DNA from: a virus
Lineage: Duplodnaviria; Heunggongvirae; Uroviricota; Caudoviricetes
DNA: 37,464 bases
Virus record (IMG/VR): IMGVR_UViG_2541047680_000009
Location: 1-37,464 of that record
Strand: one strand, 5' to 3'
Within the stretch, counting starts at the first letter, position 1. Each line of letters starts with the position of its first letter. Under the pieces are notes generated by a model. That model was not told the DNA's origin. It ran no database searches and saw only the letters and a list, made by a program, of their open reading frames with translations. The position numbers were made by a program, and so were the translations under genes. Below are positions 24,646-35,052 of this stretch, in pieces.

Positions 24646-26165
24646 CGGAGCTGCCGCCGCACATTCCTGACACCGCGAGTTATAAGGCCCCTCCCGTTCT
24701 GTTGCCCTACCAGCAGCGCTGGGTGGCAGATGCCTCTCCGCTTAAGGTGATAGAAAAGAGCCGTCGTACCGGTATTACATGGGCTGAGGCATCCGATAAC
24801 GTACTGACCGCCGCCTCTTCTGCGCCAGCAGGCGGGATGAATGTGTATTACATCGCTTATAACCAGGACATGACCGTCGAATACATTCAGGCGTGTGCGA
24901 TGTGGGCACGGGCATTCAACTATGCGGCCAGTGAAATTGAAGAAGGATTCTGGGAAGAGGACGACGACGACAAACACATCAGGACTTACACCATCAAATT
25001 TCCTGACTCCGGCTTTCGTATTGTTGCGCTCTCCAGCCGCCCGTCTAACCTGCGTGGCCGTCAGGGTATTATTGTTATCGACGAAGCGGCGTTCCATGAG
25101 CAACTGGACGAACTGCTGAAAGCGGCGCTGGCGATGCTTATCTGGGGGGGAAAGGTACGCGTTATCTCCACCCATGACGGTGACGACAATCCGTTCAATA
25201 CGCTTATCGGGGATATCCGTGCCGGACGTCAGGGAGGCAGCGTACATCGCATCACTTTCCGGGAAGCCGTATCTGAGGGGCTGTTCCGGCGCGTTTGTCT
25301 GCGCACCGGGAAGGAATGGTCGGAGGCATCCGAGCAGGCCTGGATGGCGTCGGTGTACAAATTCTACGGTGCCGGTGCATCCGAAGAGCTTGACTGTATT
25401 CCGGCCAACGGTGGCGGTGCCTGGCTGTCCCGAGCCCTGATAGAGTCCCGCATGTCCGCTGATACGCCGGTATTGCGTCTGACCTGCAAGGAAGGTTATG
25501 AACTGCTGTCTGATGAGGTTCGCTTCCGCGAGACGCAGGACTGGCTTGATGAGCATCTGAAACCATTACTGGAGGCGCTCCCCGCTGGTGCCCGCTCTTT
25601 TCTGGGGCGTGACTTTGGCCGTAGCGGGGATTTGTCGGTGGACTACCCGTTGTTGCAGGAGAAGAACCTGATACGACGCGTGCCATTCGTACTGGAGTTG
25701 CGTAACGTGCCGTTCAGGCAGCAGGAGCAAATCACCTGGTATCTGATGGATGGCCTGCCCGGTCTGCTGGGTGCAGCGTTTGATGCCCGTGGTAATGGTG
25801 CCTATCTGGCTGAATACGCCATGCAGCGCTACGGCTCCGGCCGGGTTCAGCAGGTGATGCCAACCGAAGGCTGGTACCGGGAGCATATGCCTCCGGTCAA
25901 AGCTGCACTGGAAGACGGTAACCTGGTGGACTTACCAAAGGATGAAGACACACTGGATGACCTGCGGGCCGTTCAGGTGGTGAACGGTGTCCCCCGCGTG
26001 CCGGAGCAACGCTCAAAAGCAAAGGCTGATGGTGGTAAACGTCACGGGGATTCAGCCATCGCACTGGCGCTGGCGTATTTCGCCAGCCGTGAAATTAACA
26101 AAGGGCCGGTGAAGGCAAGCTCACGCCGTCGTCGTCAGGCGGCCCGTATGCTGGAGGGATTCTGA
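24642..26165 (+). CDS. Terminase large subunit (Mu gp28-like)
   Basis: 507 aa; ATPase region plus C-terminal nuclease-like region; position between the gp27-like and portal genes. Confidence 0.85.
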   Translation: MTELPPHIPDTASYKAPPVLLPYQQRWVADASPLKVIEKSRRTGITWAEASDNVLTAASSAPAGGMNVYYIAYNQDMTVEYIQACAMWARAFNYAASEIEEGFWEEDDDDKHIRTYTIKFPDSGFRIVALSSRPSNLRGRQGIIVIDEAAFHEQLDELLKAALAMLIWGGKVRVISTHDGDDNPFNTLIGDIRAGRQGGSVHRITFREAVSEGLFRRVCLRTGKEWSEASEQAWMASVYKFYGAGASEELDCIPANGGGAWLSRALIESRMSADTPVLRLTCKEGYELLSDEVRFRETQDWLDEHLKPLLEALPAGARSFLGRDFGRSGDLSVDYPLLQEKNLIRRVPFVLELRNVPFRQQEQITWYLMDGLPGLLGAAFDARGNGAYLAEYAMQRYGSGRVQQVMPTEGWYREHMPPVKAALEDGNLVDLPKDEDTLDDLRAVQVVNGVPRVPEQRSKAKADGGKRHGDSAIALALAYFASREINKGPVKASSRRRRQAARMLEGF

Positions 26166-27661
26166 TGGCGAGGGGTATCTGGGTTTCACCCGATGAATTT
26201 GTTGCTTTTTCTGAGCCTCAGAAATCACTGACCGCGCAGATTGCCTCCCGCAGCCGCGCGATCGACTTTTACGGACTGGGCATGTATCTGCCCAATCCTG
26301 ATCCCATTCTCAAGGCTCAGGGACGGGATATCCGTATCTACCGCGAACTGCGCACCGACCCGCTGGTCGGGGGCTGTATCCGCAGACGTAAAGCAGCGCT
26401 CAAATCACTGGAGCGTGGACTGGAGCGCGGTCACGCTTCTGCCCGGGTCTTCCGTTTCATCCGCGACATGCTCGACGATCTGGATCTGTCCCGCATCATC
26501 GGTGAGATGAGTGATGCCGTGCTCTACGGGTATCAGCCCTGTGAAATCATGTGGGGCCGTTCGGTCAGGGCGTGGGCAGTGACGGATATTGTCGGCAAAC
26601 CGCCTGAGTGGTTTCAGTTTGATACGGACAACTGCCTGCGCTTCCGGGCGCGTGATGCGGGTGTGGAGGGTGAGCTGCTGTCACCGTCAAAATTCGTGGT
26701 GCCGGCACAGGATGCCTCGTATGACAATCCTTACGGTTTCCCGGACCTGTCCATGTGCTTCTGGCCGGTCGCCTTCAAGAAAGGCGGGATGAAATTCTGG
26801 CTCCGCTTTGCCGAAAAGTTTGGCTCCCCGTGGGTGATCGGTAAGCACCCGAGGGGTGCAAATGATGCAGAGATTGAAAAACTGCTGGACTCCATGGAGC
26901 AGATGGTGGAGGACGCGGTGGCCGCCATCCCCGATGACAGCAGCATCGAACTCAAAGCCGCGGATGGTAAGGCGGACAGCAGCGAGGTATTCCGCGAGCT
27001 GATCACACTGTCACGCAGTGAGATCTCCATTGCATTACTTGGTCAGAATCAGACCACGGAAGCGAACAGTAACAAGGCCTCTGCACAGGCCGGGCTGGAG
27101 GTAACGGCTGATATCCGCGATGCGGATGCGGACATCATTCAGGCAGCAGTGAATCAGGTTATCAGAACGGTGGTCACCCTGAACTTCGGCGATGTGCCGT
27201 GTCCGGTCTGGGCCATGTGGGAACAGGAGACCATTGATGACACCCGCGCCACCCGCGACGAAAAACTCACCCGGGCGGGTCTGCGTCTGACCCCGCAATA
27301 CTTTAAGCGTGAGTACCAGCTGCAGGACGGCGATATTGACGAGACACCACCGTCGGAACGCCAGAATAACATGCTGCCGCTGTCATTTGCCGAGGCGATT
27401 GATGCCGATATTCAGGCTCAGCAGCAGCTTGACGACGCGCTGGACATTCTGATGAACGGAGGTGTGTTAAATGGCACGCTGGAACCCGTCCTGGCACCTC
27501 TGTTTAAGCGGGTCGAAAACGGGGTTAACCCGTCTGAGCTGCTGGGCGAACTGGCGGAGCTCTACCCTCAGATGAACACGGACGATCTGCAGGAACGGCT
27601 GGCCCGCATTCTCTTTGTGGCAAATATCTGGGGGCGTCTGCATGAGCGTGACAACGGCTGA
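26165..27661 (+). CDS. Portal protein (Mu gp29 / DUF935 family)
   Basis: 498 aa, size and position as for Mu gp29; start overlaps the terminase stop. Confidence 0.85.
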   Translation: MARGIWVSPDEFVAFSEPQKSLTAQIASRSRAIDFYGLGMYLPNPDPILKAQGRDIRIYRELRTDPLVGGCIRRRKAALKSLERGLERGHASARVFRFIRDMLDDLDLSRIIGEMSDAVLYGYQPCEIMWGRSVRAWAVTDIVGKPPEWFQFDTDNCLRFRARDAGVEGELLSPSKFVVPAQDASYDNPYGFPDLSMCFWPVAFKKGGMKFWLRFAEKFGSPWVIGKHPRGANDAEIEKLLDSMEQMVEDAVAAIPDDSSIELKAADGKADSSEVFRELITLSRSEISIALLGQNQTTEANSNKASAQAGLEVTADIRDADADIIQAAVNQVIRTVVTLNFGDVPCPVWAMWEQETIDDTRATRDEKLTRAGLRLTPQYFKREYQLQDGDIDETPPSERQNNMLPLSFAEAIDADIQAQQQLDDALDILMNGGVLNGTLEPVLAPLFKRVENGVNPSELLGELAELYPQMNTDDLQERLARILFVANIWGRLHERDNG

Positions 27662-28463
27662 ACTGGCGTACTGCATGACGCTTCCCCCGAAGCGGGCAGT
27701 CAGTTACCTGAAGTCCAAAGGGTATCAGATTACCTGGGACTGGGAAGAAATGTGGCAGGAAGCCCATGCCCGCGCCTTTACCGTCGCTAAAGTGACCCGC
27801 CTGGATATTCTGGAAGATATTCGCGGGGCACTGCAGCAGGCTGTCGATGAAGGAAAAACCGATCGCTGGTTCCGGCAGGAGCTGGAGCCGGTGCTGAAGC
27901 GTAAGGGATGGTGGGGACCACGTGACACGACTGACCCGGTAACGGGTGAGCCGGTCACCATTCAGCAGGGCAGCCCGTGGCGGCTCGACACCATCTTTCG
28001 CACCAATATGTCCGTACTCTACAGCGCCGGTCGTTGGGCGGAGCAGATGGAAAACGTCGACGACAGGCCGTACTGGATGTATACCGGCATCAACGACAGC
28101 CATACCCGCAGGAGCCATCTGGCGCTGCATGGTCTGGTGCTGCGCTGGGATGACCCGTTCTGGCAGGCATTTTACCCGCCGAACGGCTGGCGCTGCCGCT
28201 GTAGTGTGATTGCCCTGAGTGCGGCGGATGTCCGTGCCCGTGGCCTGAAGGTTATCAGCTCCGGCTCTGCCATGGGCCAGGAACTGAAACTGGTCTCAGA
28301 GAAAACCGGCGAAATGCGGAACGTGGCCACCTTTAATACCGGCACCACGAAGGTGACCACCGACGTCGGCTGGTCTTATGCACCGGGGGCAGCATACCGT
28401 CCCGACCTGGCCCGCTATCAGGGTACGCTTCAGCCACTGGCACAACAGGAACTGAGAGGATAA
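27642..28463 (+). CDS. Head morphogenesis protein, Mu F-like (gp30)
   Basis: Phage_Mu_F-like core (..YWMYTGINDSHTRRSHLALHGLV...WRCRCS); GGGGG RBS 8 nt upstream of the ATG at 27642. Confidence 0.85.
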   Translation: MSVTTAELAYCMTLPPKRAVSYLKSKGYQITWDWEEMWQEAHARAFTVAKVTRLDILEDIRGALQQAVDEGKTDRWFRQELEPVLKRKGWWGPRDTTDPVTGEPVTIQQGSPWRLDTIFRTNMSVLYSAGRWAEQMENVDDRPYWMYTGINDSHTRRSHLALHGLVLRWDDPFWQAFYPPNGWRCRCSVIALSAADVRARGLKVISSGSAMGQELKLVSEKTGEMRNVATFNTGTTKVTTDVGWSYAPGAAYRPDLARYQGTLQPLAQQELRG

Positions 28464-28465
28464 CA

Positions 28466-28924
28466 ATGGCTTCCGATAACCTGGTCAGTATCACCATTAA
28501 CGATAAGTCCCTGCGCCGGAGCCTCCGTGCGCTGGATCTTGCTGCCACAGACCTGGAGCCCGCGATGCGCAAAATCGCCGGAACCCTGCTGGCGGAAACA
28601 CAGTTTAACTTTCTTGATGAGGGGCGTCCGGGGTGGATGCCCTCGCTGGCAGCGGAAGAACGTGACGGGCAGACACTGCAGGATACCGGGCGTCTGATGG
28701 GGTCAGTATCAACCGACCATGACGACCGGCAGGCTGTTGTGGGGACCAACGTTGTTTACGGTGCCATTCACCAGTTCGGGGGTAAAACGGGGCGTAATGA
28801 GTCTGTTGAACTTCCGGCCCGCCCGTTCCTGCCGGTGACGGGGGATGGAGAACTACAGCCTGAAGTGGTAATCCCCATCCTCGATACCATTGTCCGCCAT
28901 CTTGAATCAGCGGCCCGTCGCTGA
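28466..28924 (+). CDS. Virion morphogenesis protein, Mu G-like
   Basis: 152 aa with conserved ...VYGAIHQFGG... region typical of Mu gpG-family proteins. Confidence 0.75.
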   Translation: MASDNLVSITINDKSLRRSLRALDLAATDLEPAMRKIAGTLLAETQFNFLDEGRPGWMPSLAAEERDGQTLQDTGRLMGSVSTDHDDRQAVVGTNVVYGAIHQFGGKTGRNESVELPARPFLPVTGDGELQPEVVIPILDTIVRHLESAARR

Positions 28925-29138
28925 GTTTTCTCTCTTCAGGCGGGTGATTTATCATTGCCAGCGAATGAGGGGCTGTATTACCTTTATAAAGGCTTTACAG
29001 CCTCTGTTTTATAACCGCCTCCGGTTCACCGCATTGCTTTCCCTGTCCTTCTCCCCTGATGTTTTCTAAAGCAGATTAAAATCGCCGGGCCTGCATTTCT
29101 CACAAACTGTCTCCGACAACATAACGCGGGACAGCAAA

Positions 29139-30254
29139 ATGTCAGCCATTCACATTTTTAAAGCCGGTACTCATACCGATATGCACGGCAAAAAACTGCC
29201 GTTCACGCCAGACGATCTTGCCGCCTGCGTGAAAGCCTATGACCCGTCCGTCCATGAAGCACCACTCGTGATTGGTCATCCCAGAACGGAAGACCCGGCG
29301 TGGGGCTGGGTGAAAGCCCTGTCGCTCAGCGGCGTCGATCTGATGGCAGAGCCTGCCCAGCTGGACCCGCAGTTTGCTGAGATGGTCACCGACGGACGAT
29401 TCAAAAAAGTGTCCGCCTCTTTCTACCTCCCGGATTCACCGTCCAATCCGAAGCCCGGCGTGCTCTACCTTCGCCATGTGGGCTTTCTCGGGGCACAGCC
29501 ACCTTCCGTCAAGGGGCTGAAACAGGTGTCCTTCAGTGAGCAGGAAGAAGGTGTGGTGGAGTTCGCCGACTGGCAGGCCATCACGAATGCCTCCCTGTGG
29601 GGAAAGCTGCGCGATTTTCTGATCGCCCGCTTCAGTCTGGACGAGGCAGAAAAAGTCCTGCCGGAATGGCAGCTCAACAGTCTGCGCGAAGAGGCGTACC
29701 GCGACACACTGTCGCAGGATGCAGCAGGTGCACAATTCAGTGAGACAGGCCCGGGGCCGTCTTCCGCAAGTAACGAGGAATCATCGATGACAAAAGAAGA
29801 GATTGAAGCCCTTCAGGAGGAGAACCGCCGCCTGAAGCAGCAGGCTGCTGATCGCGATGCGCGTGATGCACAGGTCAGACAGGAGCAACTGCATAAGGAC
29901 AATGTGGCCTTTGCAGAAAAACTGGTCGCAGAGGGCCGTCTGGCTCCCCGCGCCTCCTCCGTGGTGGTTGCCCTGCTGGATGCCGTCGCCGGTGGCGACA
30001 AGCCGGTGGAGTTTGCTGAGGGGGAAAGCCGCACACCGCTGGCCACCGCCTTTCGTTCATTGCTCTCCGACGGGGAGCCGGTGATGAATTTCGCCGAACA
30101 GGCCACAAAAGAGCGTGTCGGCGACACGGTGAAGGTGGATGTGGCAGAGTTTGCGGAAGCCGATCCTGAGCGTCTGGCCCTGCATCAGAAAGCAGTGGCC
30201 CTGTCCAAAAAAGAAGGCATCAGCTATGAGGCTGCTGTCGCACGCTGCCTGTAA
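29139..30254 (+). CDS. Head protease/scaffold, Mu I-like
   Basis: N-terminal MSAIHIFKAGTHTDMHGKKL...PLVIGHP (Mu I protease signature) followed by a coiled-coil scaffold-like C-terminus; preceded by a 214-bp gap. Confidence 0.8.
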   Translation: MSAIHIFKAGTHTDMHGKKLPFTPDDLAACVKAYDPSVHEAPLVIGHPRTEDPAWGWVKALSLSGVDLMAEPAQLDPQFAEMVTDGRFKKVSASFYLPDSPSNPKPGVLYLRHVGFLGAQPPSVKGLKQVSFSEQEEGVVEFADWQAITNASLWGKLRDFLIARFSLDEAEKVLPEWQLNSLREEAYRDTLSQDAAGAQFSETGPGPSSASNEESSMTKEEIEALQEENRRLKQQAADRDARDAQVRQEQLHKDNVAFAEKLVAEGRLAPRASSVVVALLDAVAGGDKPVEFAEGESRTPLATAFRSLLSDGEPVMNFAEQATKERVGDTVKVDVAEFAEADPERLALHQKAVALSKKEGISYEAAVARCL

Positions 30255-30268
30255 TTTAAGGAGAGAGC

Positions 30269-31222
30269 ATGTCTGATTACTTAAAAGGTAAACGTGTCGT
30301 TGATCCGGTACTGACCAGTATCGCCCGTGGCTATAAAAATGCCGCATTCATCGGCGAACGTATTTTCCCCGTCGTGCTGACGGACAAGGAAGGCGTGCGT
30401 GTACCGACCTTCGGGAAAACCGCCTTTGTGGAATATGACACCGAGCGTGCCGTCGGGGCGGACAGCAATGTTCTGGTCCGTGAAAAAACAGGCACGCTGG
30501 ACCTGGTGCTGGGTGAACACGATCTGGCTGCGCCGGTGGACTATCGCGAGCAGGCGGAGTCCATGTTTAACGAAGAGAGCAAGGCCATCCGTCGCGCCAC
30601 GAATGGCGTGAACCTGCGCCGTGAACTTATCGCTGCCCGTCTGGCTCAGGATGAAAAGGTCTACCGTACCGGGCACGTCAAAAAACTGACAGCCAGTGAT
30701 CGCTGGGCCGGTGGTAAGGGGGACCCCATCGGGGTGATTGAAGCCGGTATGGAAGCGGTCCGTACGGCCACGGGGCTGCGTCCTAACCTGATGACCATGG
30801 GGGCCGGCGTGATGGCGCTGCTGAAGTTCCACCCGGCGATTCAGGCCGCCATCGGAGCCAACGAACGCAAGCGCATCACCACAGAAATCCTGCAGGACCT
30901 CTTTCAGATCGAAGAGATCGTCATCGGTGCCCCAGTCTCCCTGCCGTCCATGAAAGCGGCAATGGATAAGAACAGCGTGCCGGCGGATATCTGGGGAGAC
31001 AATCTGATGCTGCACTATGTCGGCAAACCGCAGCCGGGGGCGGACAGCGCGGACGAGAACGAGCCGTCCTTCGGCTACACCCTGCGTCGTAAGGGGATGC
31101 CTGTTGCCGACAAATACGACGGAGCCGGTGGCAAGGTGAAGTACTGCCGTTATACCGATATCTACAAAGTCGCCGTGGTTGGTGGCGATGCCGGGTATCT
31201 CATTACCGGTATCAGTAAATAA
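30269..31222 (+). CDS. Major capsid protein, Mu T-like
   Basis: 317 aa; size, position and composition as for Mu gpT; strong RBS (AAGGAGAG). Confidence 0.8.
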   Translation: MSDYLKGKRVVDPVLTSIARGYKNAAFIGERIFPVVLTDKEGVRVPTFGKTAFVEYDTERAVGADSNVLVREKTGTLDLVLGEHDLAAPVDYREQAESMFNEESKAIRRATNGVNLRRELIAARLAQDEKVYRTGHVKKLTASDRWAGGKGDPIGVIEAGMEAVRTATGLRPNLMTMGAGVMALLKFHPAIQAAIGANERKRITTEILQDLFQIEEIVIGAPVSLPSMKAAMDKNSVPADIWGDNLMLHYVGKPQPGADSADENEPSFGYTLRRKGMPVADKYDGAGGKVKYCRYTDIYKVAVVGGDAGYLITGISK

Positions 31223-31231
31223 GGAGGCGTT

Positions 31232-31570
31232 ATGGGAACCACTCAGCAGGTCATTCTGATCACAACCGTAACGGCAGGGGCAGCACTGGCACAGCAGCGT
31301 TTTGTCGGGGCAGATAATACCCCCTGTAAAGCCGGTGCCGCAGCGCTCGGGGTTGCCGAAGTGGATGCTGTTACCGGCGACAGCACGCCGGTGAGCGTTC
31401 TGGGCATTATTGCTGTCGAGGCCGGGGCCGCTGTCAGCCGTGGTGTGGCTGTTCAGTCAGATGCTCAGGCCAGAGCCGTGCCGCAGTCCGGCGACGGTAA
31501 ATCCTGTGGTATTGCACTTGATGAAGCCGGGGGTGAAGGCGACGTCATTCGTATCCTGCGCGGGGTGTGA
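31232..31570 (+). CDS. Head-associated protein (DUF2190-like), Gly/Ala/Val-rich
   Basis: 112 aa; composition and position immediately after the major capsid gene. Confidence 0.5.
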   Translation: MGTTQQVILITTVTAGAALAQQRFVGADNTPCKAGAAALGVAEVDAVTGDSTPVSVLGIIAVEAGAAVSRGVAVQSDAQARAVPQSGDGKSCGIALDEAGGEGDVIRILRGV

Positions 31571-31571
31571 C

Positions 31572-32018
31572 ATGTACTGCACCCTGGAGGATTTGCTTGC
31601 GCAGGTGCCGGAGCGGACGCTTATCGAGCTCACCAGTGAAGAGATGGACTTCGACTCACCTGCAACAGTGAATACCCGTGTGGTGGACAGCTGTATCCGC
31701 TATGCCGACGAGCTGATTGATGCCCATCTGCGCGGACGCTATATCCTGCCACTGGCAGAGATACCGACTGTTCTGCGGGACATTGCCATCACGCTGGTCC
31801 GTTACCGGCTCTACGCCCGCCGCCCGGAAGGTGACCTCCCGGATACGGTGAAGGATGACCACAAAGAAGCGCTGCGGCAACTCAGGGAGTTACGTGATAA
31901 CAGGCTCACGCTGGGGCTGCCGTCCACTCAGAAAGATGTGCCTGAGCCTGGCGAGTTTCGTGTACGCAGTCGCCCGGCTACTTTCGGCGGTCGTGACGGT
32001 TTACTGGAGAAATACTGA
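31572..32018 (+). CDS. Mu gp36-like protein (DUF1320), head-tail joining
   Basis: ATG at 31572 directly after the upstream stop; MYCTLEDLLAQVPERTLIELT... typical N-terminus of the DUF1320 family. Confidence 0.6.
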   Translation: MYCTLEDLLAQVPERTLIELTSEEMDFDSPATVNTRVVDSCIRYADELIDAHLRGRYILPLAEIPTVLRDIAITLVRYRLYARRPEGDLPDTVKDDHKEALRQLRELRDNRLTLGLPSTQKDVPEPGEFRVRSRPATFGGRDGLLEKY

Positions 32019-32482
32019 TGAACGTTCTGCCCGTCCTTGATGCGGTACTGGCCCGGTTACGCGAGAAGCTGCCGCAACTGCAGGTGGAGTACTTCCCGGA
32101 GAAACCGGCTGAATATCGCCTGAACCATCCGGTTGGCGCGTTGCTGTTGAGCTATGCCGGTTCGCGCTTTGACAGGCCGGATGATACCGGTGCGGTGATC
32201 CAGTCTCAGACTATCCAGCTCTGCGTCACGGTGGTCTTCCGCCAGCTCAACGGTAAAAAAGGGGCGATTAATGTCCTGGATGCTGTCCGCCGCATTCTCG
32301 GTGGCCACACCCCGCCCGGCTGCCGCCGCCGTATCTGGCTGACCCGCGAGGTGTTTATCGGTGAAGTCAGGGGGCTGTGGCAGTACGCCCTCGACTTCGC
32401 GACTGAAAGCGTCTTTATCGAAGACAGCGATTTACCGTCCGGCCCGCTGTTAACCGAAGTGAACTATGAGGAAAGCGAGTGA
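32018..32482 (+). CDS. Mu gp37-like protein (DUF1834)
   Basis: 154 aa; start overlaps the upstream stop; position as in Mu. Confidence 0.55.
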   Translation: MNVLPVLDAVLARLREKLPQLQVEYFPEKPAEYRLNHPVGALLLSYAGSRFDRPDDTGAVIQSQTIQLCVTVVFRQLNGKKGAINVLDAVRRILGGHTPPGCRRRIWLTREVFIGEVRGLWQYALDFATESVFIEDSDLPSGPLLTEVNYEESE

Positions 32483-32733
32483 TGAAAGAATACCGCTATT
32501 CCGGCCCGGCCAGCGGCGTCACGCTGTCGGACGGAACCGAAATCCTGCTCTGGCCGGGGAAGACGGTTTCCCTGCCGGAGGAGCATGACTACGTGAAGGT
32601 ACTGGTGGCGCTGAAACATCTGACGCCGGTACCTGAAGAGACTAAACCCGCCGGCACACCGGCTGTGCAGTCACCAAAGCGCAGAAGCAGCAGTGACAGC
32701 GAAGTGAAAACGGAGGACACCCATGGCAGCTAA
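32479..32733 (+). CDS. Hypothetical protein (84 aa)
   Basis: ATGA overlap with the upstream gene; immediately precedes the sheath gene. Confidence 0.45.
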   Translation: MMKEYRYSGPASGVTLSDGTEILLWPGKTVSLPEEHDYVKVLVALKHLTPVPEETKPAGTPAVQSPKRRSSSDSEVKTEDTHGS

Positions 32734-34150
32734 CTATCTGCATGGTCCCGAAACCATTGAGGTGGAAAACGGTGCCCGCCCGGTTAAAACGGTGAAATCT
32801 GCCGTTATTGGCCTGATTGGTACCGCCCCGATGGGGGATGTCAATACGCTGGTACAGTGCCTGTCTGAGAAAGGCGCAGCGGCATTTGGCAGCCAGTTCA
32901 CCGGCTTTACCATTCCGCAGGCGCTGGATGCGATTTATGACCATGGTGCAGGCACCGTTCTGGTCATTAACGTCCTCGACCCGGCGAAACATAAAACGGC
33001 GATCGAGGATGAGGTGGTTACCTTTGACAAATCGACAGGGCAGGCCAGACTGGCGCATCCGGTTGTCGCTAATGTGGTGGTGAAAAACAGTGAAGGCAGC
33101 ACCACCCACACGGCGAACACGGACTACCGTGTTGATGCGCAGGCGGGTGTGCTCACGAACCTGGGCAAGGCTATTGAGGCCGGTGGCAGCGTGAAGGTGA
33201 GCTATGAGTACGCGGACCCGTCGAAGGTGACTGCGGCGGACATCATCGGCGGGGTGAACAGCGCCGGAAACCGAACCGGCATGAAGCTGCTTAACGACAG
33301 CTTCAACCTGTACGGCTATTTCGCCAAAATTCTGATTGCGCCGGTGTTCTGCACCCAGAAGAGTGTCGCAGTTGAGCTTATCGCCATGGCAGAGAAGCTG
33401 GGCGCGGTAACCTACATTGATGCGCCTGTCGGTACCACCTTTGCACAGGCTCTGGCAGGTCGTGGCCCGGAAGGCACCATCAACTTCAATACCAGCTCCG
33501 ACCGCGTCCGTCTGTGCTATCCGCATGTGAAGGTATATGACCCGGTGACAAACACAGAGCGTCTGGAGCCGCTCAGCCAGCGTGCAGCAGGTCTGCGTGC
33601 CAGAGTCGATCTGGACAAGGGCTACTGGTGGTCATCCTCCAATCAGGAGATTCTGGGGATCACCGGCGTGGAGCGCCAGCTGTCCGCGATGATTGATGAC
33701 CCGCAGAGTGAGGTGAACCTGCTTAACGAACAGGGGATCACCACGGTATTCAGCAGTTACGGCAGCGGCCTTCGTCTGTGGGGTAACCGGACGGCAGCAT
33801 GGCCAACGGTCACCCATATGCGTAACTTTGAGAACGTTCGCCGCACCGGTGATGTGATCAACGAGTCCATTCGTTATTTCAGCCAGCAGTACATCGACAT
33901 GCCGATTACTCAGGCGCTGATTGATGCACTGACGGAGTCGGTCAACGCCTACGGTCGCAAAATGACTGGTGATGGTGCGGTACTGGGCTTCCGTTGCTGG
34001 TTTGATCCGGCCCGCAATCCGGAGACGGAGCTGGCCGCCGGGCACCTGTTGCTGAGCTACAAATATACGCCACCACCGCCGCTGGAGCGACTGACGTTTG
34101 AGACTGAGATCACCTCGGAATACCTGTTAACCCTGAAAGGGGGCAACTGA
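32723..34150 (+). CDS. Tail sheath protein (Mu L-like)
   Basis: 475 aa; contractile-sheath size and conserved N-terminal region; followed by the tube gene. Confidence 0.85.
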   Translation: MAANYLHGPETIEVENGARPVKTVKSAVIGLIGTAPMGDVNTLVQCLSEKGAAAFGSQFTGFTIPQALDAIYDHGAGTVLVINVLDPAKHKTAIEDEVVTFDKSTGQARLAHPVVANVVVKNSEGSTTHTANTDYRVDAQAGVLTNLGKAIEAGGSVKVSYEYADPSKVTAADIIGGVNSAGNRTGMKLLNDSFNLYGYFAKILIAPVFCTQKSVAVELIAMAEKLGAVTYIDAPVGTTFAQALAGRGPEGTINFNTSSDRVRLCYPHVKVYDPVTNTERLEPLSQRAAGLRARVDLDKGYWWSSSNQEILGITGVERQLSAMIDDPQSEVNLLNEQGITTVFSSYGSGLRLWGNRTAAWPTVTHMRNFENVRRTGDVINESIRYFSQQYIDMPITQALIDALTESVNAYGRKMTGDGAVLGFRCWFDPARNPETELAAGHLLLSYKYTPPPPLERLTFETEITSEYLLTLKGGN

Positions 34151-34671
34151 TGTCAAAGATTGAGATAAACCGCATCACGAATGCCAACATCTATCTGGAT
34201 GGTACTAACCTGCTGGGACGGGCTGAGGAAGTCAAACTCCCCGATGTCTCCATGATTATGCAGGAACACAAGGCGCTGGGGATGGTGGGTAAGGTGGAAC
34301 TCCCGGCTGGTTTTGACAAGCTGGAAGGCGAAATCAAATGGAACAGCTTTTACCGCGATGCGATGCTGTCTGCCGCGAACCCGTACAGGTCGCTGGCACT
34401 GCAGTGTCGTTCCAGCGTCCAGCGCTACAGCTCGCAGGGGCTGATTGACGAAATCCCGCTGGTCACCTTCCTGACGATTATGTTCAAGAAGAACCCGCTG
34501 GGGACGTTCAAACAGCACGAGAACGCCGAGTTCTCCAGTAGCTTCACCTGCACGTATATCAGACAGGTACTGGATGGTGAAGAGCTGCTGCAACTGGACT
34601 ATCTGGCCAACATCTTCCGGGTCGGCGGTGTTGATCAACTGACTGACTACCGTATCAATATCGGGGGCTGA
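34150..34671 (+). CDS. Tail tube protein (Mu M-like)
   Basis: 173 aa; start overlaps the sheath stop; position between sheath and chaperone. Confidence 0.7.
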   Translation: MSKIEINRITNANIYLDGTNLLGRAEEVKLPDVSMIMQEHKALGMVGKVELPAGFDKLEGEIKWNSFYRDAMLSAANPYRSLALQCRSSVQRYSSQGLIDEIPLVTFLTIMFKKNPLGTFKQHENAEFSSSFTCTYIRQVLDGEELLQLDYLANIFRVGGVDQLTDYRINIGG

Positions 34672-34673
34672 CG

Positions 34674-34955
34674 GTGAGTGTTGAACTGACGGATAAAGGA
34701 GGACGATGTGCGGCACTGGGCATGTCAAATGGTACGTGGTTTACCCTCCTTGATATTCCGGGGGTGGAAACCCTTTTTAATACCCGTAAAACCAATGACC
34801 CGATTGACTGCACACGTTCAAAGGCCCGCAAACTGGCGGATTTGATTGAAGCATGGGAGCCTCCCGACCACTGGTTCTCCGGCATCGGCAAATCTGAGGG
34901 AAAGACGCTTCTCATCGCTTTCCTGCGTAACTGCAAGGGGTTTCGCACTTGCTGA
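34674..34955 (+). CDS. Hypothetical protein (93 aa), GTG start
   Basis: ORF directly after the tube gene; no family recognised. Confidence 0.35.
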   Translation: MSVELTDKGGRCAALGMSNGTWFTLLDIPGVETLFNTRKTNDPIDCTRSKARKLADLIEAWEPPDHWFSGIGKSEGKTLLIAFLRNCKGFRTC

Positions 34956-35052
34956 CATCACAGGGGCTCCGGCCCCTTCTTCTTAATCTCCTTTAATATC
35001 CGTCACGCGCTTCTCCCGACATACTGCCCTGAACTTACACAGGAGCACAATC

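Noticed and set aside
24519-34728. Long minus-strand ORFs inside the late operon (24519-25556 of 345 aa, 27525-28130, 30281-31015, 32642-33526 of 294 aa, 34153-34728)
   Set aside because: Antisense to terminase, portal, capsid and sheath genes that are tightly translationally coupled on the plus strand; Pro/Arg/Ala-rich translations typical of antisense frames.
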